Shown in pieces: positions 25,171-38,138 of a stretch of DNA of 64,000 nt (positions are counted from its first letter, which is position 1; the number at the start of each line of letters is the position of its first letter). The translations under genes and the position numbers were made by a program. Source of the stretch: Octopus vulgaris (lineage: Eukaryota); the NCBI GenBank assembly GCA_951406725.2, contig OX597840.1:17670001-17734000 (forward strand), read 5' to 3'. Under the pieces are notes generated by a model, which was given only the letters and a program-made list of their open reading frames with translations, was not told the origin of the DNA and ran no database searches.

Positions 25171-26254
25171 CCCTTTCGTTACCAAACCGCCCAAAGCAGC
25201 CCGAAAAACATTTTGGTTAATGTGACCAAACCGCCCAAACCCGCCCGTATTTATCTATTCATATTTAAATGAGAATATCAGAGCAAATCTCTTTAGTACA
25301 TTCGTGAAAACACTGATTATACTTCGTAAACAGTCCATCTACAGTTTTGTACAACGATCGAAGTGTAATTTTAATTCCGTGAATTTTGGGAGATTTTTTT
25401 CCGAAATTTGTTCCTATTGTTATCAAAATTTGTAATTCTGACAAAAAATGGATACGAATTTCATTATATCAAGCAGCGAGTCAGAATTCGAAGGATTTTC
25501 TACTGAAGACCTTGATAAATCTAACTCTATGACTGAAAAAAAAAAGCACGTGGTATTTGATAATGAATCTGATGTTTCATTTTCCGAAAGTGAAAACAGT
25601 GAATCCGAGAGCTCCGACAGCGATAAAGAAAATGGATTGGCACCTGAATGGAGTGAAAATTTAAAAACTGTTTCTTTCGGTGATTTTTATGAAGAAACTG
25701 GACTAAGCCACAGACTATCCCAGGAGAGTAAAGCCTTAGACTATTTCTTTTTACTTTTTCGAATGAGCCTATTTGAAATCATTACGGCAGAAACGAACCA
25801 TTACGCTAAATGTAAACAAAGTGAAAGAAAAGATAGTTAGTGGTTTCCCACAACCTTAAATGAAATTAAGACTATTTTGCCATAAATATTATTATGGGTA
25901 TCAGAAAGTTACCCAGAATAACAAACTCTATCGTAAAATTTTGTTGTATACCCAATTGAATATTAGCTAATAACCCATTTTCTATAGCTATGTTTGAACA
26001 AAATTTTAATAATTTTATATTTTGTTCAATTTACCTGTATCTACCTGCAATTAGAGTCACTTTGTGACAAAAATTATAGTATAGAATTGGTTGAGAACAT
26101 TTCATTAAATTATCTTCCAAAAATCACATTAATATATTAATAAATAAAAAAGTTATAGTTGTTTAATGAAACCAGACTAAATTTATGATTATGGTAGAAA
26201 TTAATTGAAACACATAAGGGGTGTATTTTGGTCAGAAATATAGTAACGAAAGGG
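25171..26254 (+). mobile_element. Internally deleted piggyBac transposon in ERCC5 intron 2
   Basis: TTAA on both sides; TIR CCCTTTCGTTAC; ORF 25448-25840 is an acidic transposase N-terminus (LDYFFLLF...ETNHYA), then decayed W.PTT..E...IIMGIRKLP. Confidence 0.92.
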
Positions 26255-26970
26255 TTAATCCAGTGTTCTCTCCTATAATCCATGGTCTGTATTCAGTTAC
26301 CCCAATCAACCTAAATCAGAGATGTGCACATGTACACACTGTCTCACCATCATGTAGCGATGTAACCAGCAAGCCACCATGTAGCCATCTGACAACACTG
26401 TCATGTAATTTTCCCAGTATGCCAGCATGCGTGGAGGCACATGGCTTAGTGGTTAGCGTGTTGCACTCAGGATTGTACAATTGTGGTTTCAATTCCTGGA
26501 CCAAGTGACGCATTGCGTTGTTGAGCAAGACACTTGTCTTCATGTAGGCGCAGGAGTGGCTGTGTGGTAAGTAGCTTGCTTACCAACCACATGTGTTTGT
26601 CCCCACAGCATCGCTTGACAACCGATGCTGGTGTGTTTAAGTCCCCGTAACTTAGCGGTTCAGCAAAAGAGACCGATAGAATAAGTACTAGGCTTACAAA
26701 GAACAAGTCCTGGGGTCAATTTGCTTGACTAAAAGGCAGTGCTCCAGCATGGCCACAGTCAAAATGACTGAAATAAACAAAAGAGTATCTGCCTTGAAGG
26801 ATGATAAAATAAGTACCAATCAAGCACTGGGGTCGATGTGAATGACTTTCCTGTGAAGATTGCTGGTCAAAATTAGAATTCTTACGATGTACGATTGTCT
26901 CCCTACTTCCAATGTCTAATCCTCACTCAACCATTTCCTACAGAGATTAGGAAAACAGAATCCCACTTAC

Positions 26971-27146
26971 CAAAGTTTGCCATTTCAACACTGGTACACC
27001 ACCATCGAATACGAATATTGGTTTGATCCGGTAGTAAAGCAGCTTGCAGACACGGTTGAACAGTACGATAAGGTGGGCGTTGGGGACAGGATTTCCAGAA
27101 CGATCCCTCATTCCTTTCGCAGCTTGGTGAAGCCAGAGGCTGACAT
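26971..27146 (-). CDS. ERCC5: ERCC5 coding exon 2 ([59 protein letters not shown])
   Basis: XPG-N catalytic motifs DxSxW and VFDG; cag acceptor, gtaagt donor; absent from the ORF track. Confidence 0.96.
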
Positions 27147-28441
27147 CTGGAGTAAAAAAATGTTAAGGAAAAGATACGGACTAAACGGTATGGCTATCAC
27201 CATTATTATCACTTTGATAACCTTCACTGCCATTATTTACCATATAAGGAAGCAAGCTGGCAAAATCATTAGCTTGCCAAGCGAAATATTTAGCAGTATT
27301 TCGTCTTTATGTTCTGAGTTCAAATTCTGCCAAGGTCGGTTTTGCCTTTCATCCTTTCGGGGTCGATTAAATAAATACCAGTTACGCACTAGGGTCGATA
27401 TAATCGATTTAATCCGTTTGTTCTCTCTGTGTTTAGCCACTTGTGGGTAGTAAAGAAATAGGTATTTCGTCTGTCTTTATATTCTGAGTTCAAATACCGC
27501 CGAGGTCGACTTTGCCTTTCATCCTTTTGGGGTCAATAAATTAAGTACCAGTGAAACACTGGGGTCGATGTATTCGACTAGTCCCCTCCCACAAAATTTC
27601 AGGCCTTGTGCCTTTAGTAGAAAGGATTATTTACCACGTATGCAATGGTGCAAGGGAAAACACCCATTGGATATCAATAAATGAACAATTGAGAAAAATG
27701 GGTTCAAAGGTCAAAACTGGATGTTTTTCCATACAATCTGTAGTAAATGACTGCAGTTTGAATATCAAGGGTTCTACTAGTTTTATGAATGAGACAAGGT
27801 TAAAGTTGTGAAAAGTTTTCGGTTCTCAAAAAGGCCACTTTTCTGGGTCATGTCTGCTTACCTGAGAAAAATGGCATATCTTGTTCAAATATTAAGATAT
27901 CTGAAAAATTTAAAGTGTTCTGAAATCTGTGAGTTATGCTCTTTCTGAATAAACCATTTCAAATTTTTCATTATATTAATGGTTTTTCCAGAGATGTAGC
28001 ACACACACTCACACACACACGTGTGTGTGTGTGCTTCTTTGGTGATAGTTGTAAATGAGCATCACCATCATACAAGTGGTGTTGTTTGTTTCCAGTTTTC
28101 CAAGAAAATTGTGTCTGACCATGGGAAACATTAGCTTTCTTGGAAACAGAGGGTTGGTGACAGGAAGAGCCTCCAGCTGTAGAAAGTTTGCCTCAACAAA
28201 TTCTTTCTGACCCATGCAAGCATGGAAAAGTGGATAGAAACATTTTGTGTAAGTAGCTTGCTTATCAACCTGGTGTGTTTACATACCCATAACTTAGCAG
28301 TTCGGCAAAAGAGACTGATAGAATAAGTACTAGGCTTACAAAGAATAAGTCCTGGGGTCGATATACTTGACTAAAGGCGGTGCTCCAGCATGGCCACAGT
28401 CAAATGACTGAAGCAAGTAAAAGAGTATATATAAATATATA

Positions 28442-28481
<40 letters not shown>

Positions 28482-29204
28482 CACACACAAATACACACAC
28501 AAACACAGAGGGAGGGAGAGCAATGGTGTTTGATGAAAGAATTTGTAATATCTTAATATTTGTTCTGTGCAGAGTTGCAGTGACTCCCTTGTCACTCCCA
28601 ATCTTCGGAAAAACCATAAACCAATAACATTGTGTATTTTGTCTCTGATCACTAAGTGCTATTTCTTATTTGCTTCTATCTAGAAATCAAAGGAAATCAC
28701 GACTGGTCCCTTCAAATTTTGCTTTCCTGGCCTGGACATCAATGTTTTTAAACTGACCTATTTTCCATTACATTTCACACAGATTCAGTGCTGAGTTACT
28801 GAAGCAGAAATATCATTATAGCAAATATTCTGTTCAATACCACAGATTTGCTTCTCAGTTATTTGACCATAACCATTTGTGCATGTCCCTTAGTGGCTGA
28901 CAAAATATGCATCTCTGATGATAAGCAGGAGTGGTTGGGGAGCATCACAGCCATGCATTGAGAGGGATTCTTGGGGATTTGAATAAATGTAAGAAAAGCA
29001 TAGCTTGAAGGAAATATTAGCCTCTTTTCATACTTTCTAGGGGTAAGCAAATAGGAAATAACAATTGCTACCGAAGGACAAAACTTGTGTTATTGGTCCA
29101 GTGGAAATATGTAAGTATGTAGTTGATGTGACACTAAAAAATAAAAATAAACAAAATAAACAAAAGCACAAAAACAGGAAACAAAGAATGAGTGGAAAGG
29201 ATAC

Positions 29205-29292
29205 CAATGGCAAGAATTTTGCCCTCGAGTGCTTCCAGTCGAACTGGCTTCCCAACAGGTTGAAGCAGAGACCAAAGGCCGTGAACTCCCAT
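29205..29292 (-). CDS. ERCC5: ERCC5 coding exon 1 (MGVHGLWSLLQPVGKPVRLEALEGKILAI)
   Basis: Canonical XPG-N start; donor GTATCC at 29204; acceptor tttcag ends at 29306, leaving 13 nt of UTR before the ATG. Confidence 0.96.
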
Positions 29293-29344
29293 CAGTAGAA
29301 TAAATCTGAAAGTATATAAATAAATCTCTATATAATAATAGCCA

Positions 29345-29399
<55 letters not shown>

Positions 29400-29409
29400 C
29401 ACACACACA

Positions 29410-30232
29410 CAGGGTGCAATGGGCAAATTGTTGCCATTTTATATTTTCAATTTCATGCATGCACATTGTTTGTCTTTGATTTTGTTGACTACGCAGTATA
29501 GTAGGGTCAGTTGGGCACTGTCTGTGAGAAAAACACCACTATCTATGATGCAATTCACTCTGCCAGATATTTGGAAACAACATTCTGTACTGCTTGGCAT
29601 TTGCGCCAGGAGCTCCAACACAAACATTTCAGAGTGTTTGGGAGTCAATCTGAAGACAGTGCATGTACCAAAAGTGATGGAAATCAAACATCCAGTGAAC
29701 ATCATGATGTTTGGAGTGATCACTAGTGATGGCGATGTTATGCCTCCATTCATCTTGCCACACAGCCTCACACTCAACACAGAGGTCTACATCATGTGCT
29801 GCCCTGGGTCAAGAAGGTGTCTGCTGGAAGACCCTATGTCTGCCAACAGGATTCTGCACCATGCCACACAAGCAGGAGAACCCAGTCATGGCTGTCAGAC
29901 AATTTCTGTGACCACATCACCCCTAACATCTGGCCACCTAACCCCCAACACTACAACCCCCTTGATTATTATGTGTGGAGCACAATTGAGAAAGAGACCA
30001 ACAAAACTCCTTGTAACACCAAAGATAAACACCAACTTAAACAAGGAGACTGTCCAGAAGAGTTGCAGGAGATTCCGAAGCTGTCTGGAGGACATGATTG
30101 AAGCCAATGGTGATTTTATTAAATAAATTTACTCTTTTAGTATTTCAAGATATTTTTATGTAATTGTGGTAAATACATTTGTTAAAATGAGATGTCAGTG
30201 TTATTTTCACTTTTGCGTAATTTAGACAACAT
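29410..30232 (+). mobile_element. Decayed DD37D (maT-type) Tc1/mariner element
   Basis: TIR CAGGGTGC; QQDSAPCH...WPPN...NPLDYYVW with 37 residues between the two Asp. Confidence 0.85.
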
Positions 30233-30394
30233 TGTGGCCATGTTGGGGCACTGCCACATCAAATTTTTTAGTTGAATGAATCAATCCCAGCCACGCTCTT
30301 ACTTGTTCAAGCCTGGTACTTCTATTGGTCACTTTTGCTGAACTGCTAAGCTACAGGGACGTAAACAGACCAACACAGTCACAAAGACACACAC

Positions 30395-30446
<52 letters not shown>

Positions 30447-31126
30447 GATAGGCTTCTTTGAGTTTCCATCTACCAAATCCACTCACAAGGTTTTGGTCAG
30501 CTATTTTTCAATGACCTTTACTACAAATACTTTTCAGGATGTGTAAATTACGATTATATCGGAATTTTGCGTGAAAAGGTAAAAATGATCCCGTACAGAT
30601 ACATACTGACACACATCATTGTTTCTTTCGAAATTTCAGTTTTCCTTTTATAGATATATGTGATGTATAACAGTACGTGTACGAACCCACAAAATTTATT
30701 GTTTTCATATTAAATTCCGATACAATGGCAATCTACAAAGACTGAAAGGTATTTACAGAACATTTCATTAAAAAAAAATAATAAACCATTTTTCTGAAAG
30801 TTACGAGTAAAGAAAACCGACTCGTGTGAATTTTCGGAAACCCACCGCCACCCTCGGAAAATCATTTCCCCACATATTCCAATATGATCGGAATCTACGC
30901 CATCCGAAGCGTATTTCTAGAAAAATTCCTTACAAAATATCCATTTTACTGGAAGCCGAGGGGAAGACATGTGGACGCCTGCCTTCTCTTTTAATCTTTT
31001 CTGGCGGATTTTGTACACCTGAACGAGAGCCCTGCATATATGCAATAAGCTGATATATTATATCATACCATATATTATATTATAAATCATTATTTATTAT
31101 ATTAGAAACGATGCAAAAATACTCAC

Positions 31127-31330
31127 AGCTGACATCAAAGAGCTTTTGTTTGTGATTGTTGCACTTTTGTGTTTTCTATTGTCAGAAGATTTCCACTTCC
31201 ATTTGATTTAAAGCTTAAAGTAAACCCGGTGTCTCTACTTAAAATCCCTCTTTGTATTTATTTCCACAAAAGTGTGAGACTGCAGACATATGCTTTCTGG
31301 CTGTGACCGTCAGAAACCAGCGAAGCAGTT
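31127..31330 (-). other. Putative non-coding 5' exon of ERCC5 (5' boundary uncertain)
   Basis: Coding exon 1 is preceded by a strong acceptor, so an upstream exon is expected; unique sequence here ends in donor CT|GTGAGT at 31126. Confidence 0.45.
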
Positions 31331-31808
31331 ATGTTTCACTTTTGGAAATTTGTAACCAATGACGATGTTGTTCACAGATATATGATATAAAACAAAATAT
31401 AGAATAAATAAAGATATCTATTTTATTGATTGCAGAAAGATGAAGGCAAAGTGATCTCCGGTGAGATTTGAGTTTAGGATGTAAAGAGAATTCTGGTTTA
31501 AGCAACTCATATAACCTTTCATAGCTCTTTTATATTTTGGAATATTTAGAAAATGTTTGCGAATTTGTCTTCTACACACAGGAATTCATACGACTATGCA
31601 AAAAAAAGTGTGTGTGTGTGTGAGATTAAAGGGCGATTTAGCTGTTATTTTTAGCACACCTCATGACCACCTGATAAATTCCTGGTTTTTTTGTCACTGC
31701 GACATGTACTGGTATTTTTCAATATTTTCTTCTCCATAAACACTTTTAATGGTCCATCGCTGCGATTTAAACCTAAAATTTAAACTGTCCGTATTTTAAA
31801 CTCTTATT

Positions 31809-32220
31809 GGATCATTTCGGTTTGAACGGCAGTTTTTAAAAATAATTTCCACGTAACTAAACACTTTTAAACTTCGTATACTGGTAGAATGTGTTTATAA
31901 AACGTCTTTTTCTTTTGGCTTTATTGAGAAAATTCTATAGTTTGTAAGATATTTGTTGTTTTTTTTCTCTTCAATTTCTGCAATTTCAACCAATCACTGA
32001 CGTCTATTGAGGTGAAAACATTCTGTGCCATATGAATATGTCCCTCGTTTAAGAAACAGATTGGGTTTATTTACATTTCTGAAGAAAAAAAGATACCCTT
32101 CCCCCACCCCTAACCCTAAAACATATTGAAATGCAATAGATCGATACTAGGGTCATAATTATGGGTGACAATTTCATATGACACCGCTAGAAAAAACTGC
32201 CGTTCAAACCGAAAAGATCC
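31809..32220. mobile_element. MITE with TIRs of about 28 bp, nested in an older foldback element (about 31487-32437)
   Basis: GGATC.TTTCGGTTTGAACGGCAGTTTTT at both ends; outer degenerate inverted repeats 31487-31608 and 32318-32437. Confidence 0.8.
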
Positions 32221-32599
32221 ATATTATTTAAAAATAAAACAATAGAATTGGGAAAAGAGTGGAAAATTTAGGATTTATGGAGAAAGAGGAGGCTTTTAAA
32301 GAATTAAAGAAAACATATTTTTTTATAATCGTATGAATTCCTGTGTGTAGAACAGAAATTCACAAAAATTGTCTGAAAATTTGCCCCCAAAATGAAAACG
32401 TTACGAGGGGTTATATGGGGTGCTTAAACTAGAATTCCGCTGAAATTCTTTGCACTATAATATAAACTTGACAATAAATCACTTCTTGGAGAAAAGAATG
32501 AGATAGATTTGATGTGTCTGTCATTGTTTTCTGGGCACAGCGAATCTACGAGGGTCTCATTTTTTCAGCAAGGAATGATTTGACGAAGTTTAATGATCA

Positions 32600-33037
32600 C
32601 TTAAAGCAACGGTCTTTAAACAGACAAAAGTACCCGTTCACCAAACACTTTTCTCTTTATTAAGGAACCAGAATATAATTTAGCTCCCATCCATTTAATT
32701 GCTTTTTTTTTCTTCTTCGCCATGTTGTTGAACAGATCATAAAAAGTTTAAATCTTAAAACCGTCTCAATCATTTAAAATTAAACTAGGCATCTCTCTCT
32801 GGCCACCTTTTCAACTTTAAAGTGTCCTCCCAGCCAGCCACCCGCTGGGAAAGGAAAGCCACCCGCTTCTCCCCTCACGACTGAGTCTCTCGTCGGTTCG
32901 GAGTGGTTAGAGTTATTCCCCTTGATTCAATTAGTTTCCTTAATTCAATTTCCCCCTCCCCCCCACAACCACCTTGTTTGTCAGTCGACCGCTTCCTTAC
33001 ACAAAGATCTCCCATTCATACTAAACAGTCTGTAAGT
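32600..33037. promoter_or_regulatory. Putative bidirectional promoter and first non-coding exon of a plus-strand gene
   Basis: Repeat-free, locally GC/CpG-richer island; YY1-type CGCCATGTT at 32718-32726; consensus donor GTAAGT at 33032. Confidence 0.5.
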
Positions 33038-34800
33038 ATTAATATTATTATCATTATTCCTTTCAACGTGTTCACCGGCTTTATCAATTAACGTCGTTGT
33101 TTTGTGAAATAATTGAATTACATAAATGTTTCAGGTTTTTCTTGCGGCAAATTCTGTTCATTGAAAGTTTTGTTTAGCTTCGATGTAATTATTTTGGGGG
33201 TGGTGCTCATATTTTGGACATCTAACGTGTATTGTGATTTGGAAGACCGACGAGAAAGGAGATGACTGTCTTAACTAACAGCAGATGGAGTAATTTACGT
33301 TAAAAATTATTATATTTTGAAATAAGATAGCAGATCGGCTTGTGGAGCAATCTTCGATTTTAGGTAGAAATTAATTCGGAAAAATAAAAGTAACATTTCG
33401 GAGATCTACTTGTTTGGGGAGACATTGTGTTGCAGCGTGGGAAACACATATTAGTCATTCAAAATCACAGGAAAACTGTTAACTCCACTTAAATATTTAT
33501 TATTTGGGGTAAAAATTTTCGTCGTACCAATTGCGACCTGGTCACTGACACGCATCCACAACATTTTATATTAGCATTTCGAAAAGTCAAACATACACAA
33601 AATTAAATTTTGTGTTTTGTTGTTAAAAATAAATAAATAAATAGAAGGGTTCGTTTAATTAATTCAATCAGAAACGCAATATCTGTGATGATAACATCCT
33701 TCCCGGAAGCGTTTCATTGTCTCATCTGACCAAACTAATAGAACACCAGGCTCTTCTGCCATTCGACCTGTTAGAAGTAGCAGCCAAAATGATGCCTTTG
33801 CTTCAGTTTCTTTGTGCCTGAAATATTCTGAAAATATTTGGAATGAAAAACATGTTTTCGAAACTGTAGATAATAGAATCGTTTATATTTCATTTCTTTG
33901 TTTCAGTCATTGGACTGCGGCCATACTGGGGCACAGCTTTAAAGAGTTTAGTCGAACGAATCGACCCTAATACATAAATAAAAAAGCCTCGTAATTATTC
34001 TATTGATCTCTCTTGCGAACCGCTAAGTTAAGGGGATGTAAACAAACCAACACCGGGTGTCAAAGGGTGATGAGGGCAAACATAACACATACACACATAT
34101 CCATTCTAAAATACATATATATAAATATATATATATATATGTATATTTATTTATTTATTTATTTATTTAATGTAGTCATTGTTTATGGCCAGTCAGAAGG
34201 TTACCACTGGTTTCGCACCTGTTATGCTCTCACTGAAAAAAATCCATTTTATATATAAATAATATATATATATATTATTTATATATATATCCCAGTGGTT
34301 GGGGCAGCGGACTCGTGGTTGTAGGATCGCTGTTTTGATTCCCAGATCAGGCATTGTGAGTGTTTATTGAGTGAAAACACCTAAAAAGCTTCACGAGGCT
34401 CTGGCAGGGGTAGGTGGCTATCCCTGCTGTACTCATTTGCCACAACTTTCTCTCACTCTTTCTTCTGTTGGCCTGCTCGCACACACACACACACACATAG
34501 GTATAGTAAGTATATGATTTGTGGAGATACATGGCCTAGTGGTTAGAGCAGCGGACTCGTGGTCGAGGGATCATGGGTTCGAATCTCAGACCGGGCGATG
34601 TGTGTGTTTATGAGTGAAACACCTAAGCTCCATATGGTTCCAGCAGAAGGTAATGGCGAACTTCTGCTGACTCTTTCCTCATTCATCTTGCTGCTCACCT
34701 GTGATGGACCAGTGTCCCGTCCAGGTGGGGAACCTATACACCAAGGAAACCAGGAAACCGGCCCTAATGAGCCAGGCTTGGCTCGAGAAGGAACAAACAA

Positions 34801-35268
34801 GTATATGATTTAACTTATTAAACAAAGTTCAACAAATTCAATCATATTTTACGTAAATGGGGGAGATTAGCTGCTAAAATGGATGGTGATGATTATTTTT
34901 ACTCAAGTAGCTCTAAAATCGTTTTATACAGAAAGACAATAAGTTCATTTTAAGAATTGTCAAAAAGTACTCATCAGAAGCCCAAAATAAGAAAAAATGC
35001 TAAAGAGACGTTTGGATTACACAGGTAAGGTGTTCGTACTCATTTTTGTGATGTGTTATTGTTCTTTGAATCATGTCTCTTTAAAACAAGAGTTTTGTTT
35101 TTTTCTTATTTTTGGCTACTAATGAGTACTTTTTGTCAATTCAGATTCTTAAAATAAATTTATTGTCTTTCTGTATAAAACGATTTTATTGCTACATAAA
35201 TAAAAAAAAAAATTATCATCCATATTAACATCTAATCTCCTCCATTTAAGTGAAATATGATTGAATTT
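34801..35268. mobile_element. Foldback element with long TIRs, split by later insertions (right arm resumes at about 37405-37445)
   Basis: 34835-34997 is inverted at 35098-35268; 34801-34838 is inverted at 37405-37443. Confidence 0.7.
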
Positions 35269-35496
35269 AATCTTTTACTCTTTTACTTGTTTCAGTCATT
35301 TGATTGTGGCCATGCTGGAGCACCACCTTTAGTCAAACAAATTGACCCCAGGACTTATTCTTTGTAAGCCTAGTACTTATTCTATTGTTCTCTTTTGCTG
35401 AACCGCTAAGTTACGGGGACGTAAAACACACCAGCATCAGTTGTCAAGTGATGTTGGAGGGGCAAACACAGACTCGCACACACATATACACACGTG

Positions 35497-35546
<50 letters not shown>

Positions 35547-35550
<4 letters not shown>

Positions 35551-36430
35551 ACTTATAAATGAGGGCAAACGAAAGAATTTCTAATGCCAAATATGCCGAA
35601 ATTAGACACATTGTCCATAACCATATAATTTTTCACAATACGCACACTACTCGAAAAAAGTCAACAGAAATTTCTAAAAAATTCTATTATTACCATATCG
35701 GACCGATTTCAGGGTTAGTTCATGAGAACCCTCCCTTTGTCAGTGATACATGTGGCAAAGAAATAAATGAGATACTTACTCATACCCATGGAAGAATCAA
35801 AACACTAAGTCATGAGCACAACTAAGTACCCCAAATACATCCAAAATAGAAATACTCCAGCCCATTCGAGACACGTGCGATTCGAACTGAAAACTCTCAT
35901 AGAGTGAGAGAGTCCAGAAGTGAACACTATTAAATTTATATTTAATGTAGGATAAATTTTTTTTTCGGAAAAAAATTTTATCAATGGTCAGCATATTAAA
36001 AAATACCTTTAAAGGTTAAATTTATAAACAACTTATAGGGCAAACGAAAGAATTTCTAATGCCAAATATGCCGCAAAATTGGACATATTGTCCATAACCA
36101 TTATAAGTTTTCACAATACGCACGCTACTCAAAGTATCTCATTTATTTCTTTGCCACATTTTTCACTGACAAAGGGAGGGTTCTTATGAACTAACCCTGA
36201 AATTGGTCCGATAATGGAATTTTTTAGAAATTTCTGTTGGCTTTTTTTGAGTAGCGTGCGTATTGTGAAAAATTATAATGGCTATGGACAATGTGTCTAA
36301 TTTCGGCATATTTGGCATTAGAAATTCTTTCATTTGCCCTATAAGTTGTTTATAAATTTAACCTTTAAAGGTATTTTTTAATATGCTGGCCATTGATAAA
36401 ATTTTTTTTCGAAAAAAAAAATTTTATCCT
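35547..36430. mobile_element. Penelope-like repeat: about 485-nt unit, partial tandem copy, then inverted copy
   Basis: Direct repeat restarts near 36030 and inversion starts near 36135; hammerhead motifs at 35691-35748 (-) and 36161-36218 (+), both with core CTGACAA. Confidence 0.75.
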
Positions 36431-37219
36431 ACATCATCATCGTTTAACGTTCGTTTTCCATGCTAGCATGGGTTGGACGGTTCAACTGGGGTCTGGGGAG
36501 CCTGTAGGCTTCGCCAGGCCCAGTCTGATCTGGCAATGTTTCTACAGCTGGATGCCCTTCCTAACGCCAACCACTCCGTGAGTATAGTGGGTGCTTTTTA
36601 CGTGCCACCTGCACAGGTGCCAGACGAGGCTGGCAAATGGCCATGATCGGATGGTGCTTTTTACGTGCCACCGGCACGGGGGCCGGACAAGGCTGGCAAC
36701 TGCCACAATTGGATGGTGCTTTTTATGTGCCACCGGCACGGCGCTGGCAATAGTCACTGGCAACGGCCACGTTCGGACGGTTCTCTTATGTGCCACCGGC
36801 ACTGGTATCACAGCTACAGTTTCCATTGATGTTGATCGATTTCGATTTTCACTTGCCTCAACAGGTCTTCACAATTAGGGTTTGTGTCACAAGAAAGAAA
36901 GGTATGCGTAAGTGGGCTGGCTACATCCCAGGTAGAGGCCATGGGTTATGGTCTCACTTGTCCTGCCGGGTCTTCTTACGCACAGCATACTTCCAAAGGT
37001 CTCGGTCTCTGGTCATTTCCTCGGTGAGACCTAAAGTTCGAAGGTCGTGCTTCACCACTTCGTCCCAGGTTTTCCTGGGTCTACCTCTTCCACAGGTTCC
37101 CTCAACCGCTAGGGTGTGGCACTTTTTCACACAACTATCTTCATCCATTCTCGCTACATGACCATACCAGTGCAAACGTCTCTCTTGCACACCACAACTG
37201 ATGCTTCTTAGGTCCAACA
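36431..37219 (-). mobile_element. Shorter 3' fragment of the same RTE LINE family
   Basis: Near-identical C-terminus (RRLHWYGHVARMDEDSCVKKC...GRGRPRKTW) and 3' UTR. Confidence 0.9.
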
Positions 37220-38138
37220 TATATATACACATATATACGACAGGCTTCTTTTAGTTTCCGCCTACCAAATCCCCTCACAAGACTTTGGTCGGCCTGAGGC
37301 TATAGTAGAAGACACTTGCCCAAGGTGCCACACATTGGGACTGAACCTGGAACCATGTGGTTGGTAAGGAAGCTACTCACCACACAACCACTGCTATGCC
37401 TAGGATTTGTTAAACTTTGTTTAATAAGTTAAATCATATACTTAATACACTTATATAAATTTTCGTATCTATGCTAATTCAAAGTAAAGTATGAAGAAAC
37501 GACATTCGAAATCCTTCAGAAATTACTCCAATTAAAGGATGAATTCAACCTTTCAAAAAACATATGGTCGATGACAGTACTGCCTGATTGGCACTTGTGC
37601 CAGTGGAACGTTAAAAGCACATCCGAGCATGATTGTTGCCAGGGCCATGGATTGGCTTCCATACAGGTAGCATATAAAAAAACATCTTTCAAGCGTGGTC
37701 GTTGCCAGAACCGTCTGACTGGCCCTCGTGTTGGTGTCATGTAAAAGCACCCACTACACTTTTGGAGTGGTTGGTGTTAGGAAGGGCATCCAGCTGTAGA
37801 AACTCTGCCAGATCAGATTGAGCCTAGTCTCACCAGTCCTCAGTCAAAACATCCAACCCATGCCAGCATAGAAAGCGGATGTTAAACAATGATGATGATG
37901 ATAGATAGATAGATATACATTAATGCTTTGATATAAGAGTTAATTTGTTCCCGGAGACTGCTCGTAAAATGAAAACTCATAGATCAGAGCAATAGTTACC
38001 CATAGTAGTAATGTTATAAATTGTAATTCATTTCAAGGAAAATATTTTACCTATAAAATTTATAATACTTGTAAGTAAATAGCAATAAAATAACAGTAGA
38101 ATGTAAAAGATATTTTATGTAAAGTAAAAGGAATGTCA

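Larger units (their letters stand above)
3127..29292 (-). other. ERCC5: ERCC5/XPG gene span (14 coding exons, 1019 aa), FEN1/XPG-family nucleotide excision repair endonuclease
   Basis: Manually spliced exons of 88,176,245,58,144,940,272,120,214,145,89,103,88,378 nt sum to 3060 nt in one frame with GT-AG introns. The protein has XPG-N, a UBM-like segment, an acidic spacer, XPG-I, H2TH and a C-terminal PIP box. Confidence 0.96.

Noticed and set aside
26977-27450. 157-aa plus-strand ORF
   Set aside because: Antisense shadow of ERCC5 exon 2 running into a SINE
29419-30126. 235-aa ORF just upstream of ERCC5
   Set aside because: Frameshifted mosaic of a decayed DD37D transposase; no intact catalytic domain, so no sign of domestication
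32103-32118. Telomere-like CCCTAACCCTAA
   Set aside because: Only two units, internal to a MITE
34195-34240. Minus-strand GCAT-AACAG-GTGC-GAAA-CCAGTGG-TA half hammerhead
   Set aside because: The CUGANGA core and stem I 5' strand are missing; truncated remnant only
34521-34595. tRNA-like sequences with A and B boxes (also 51294, 55409, 38139, 62665)
   Set aside because: These are heads of SINEs with bodies, tails and TSDs, not stand-alone tRNA genes
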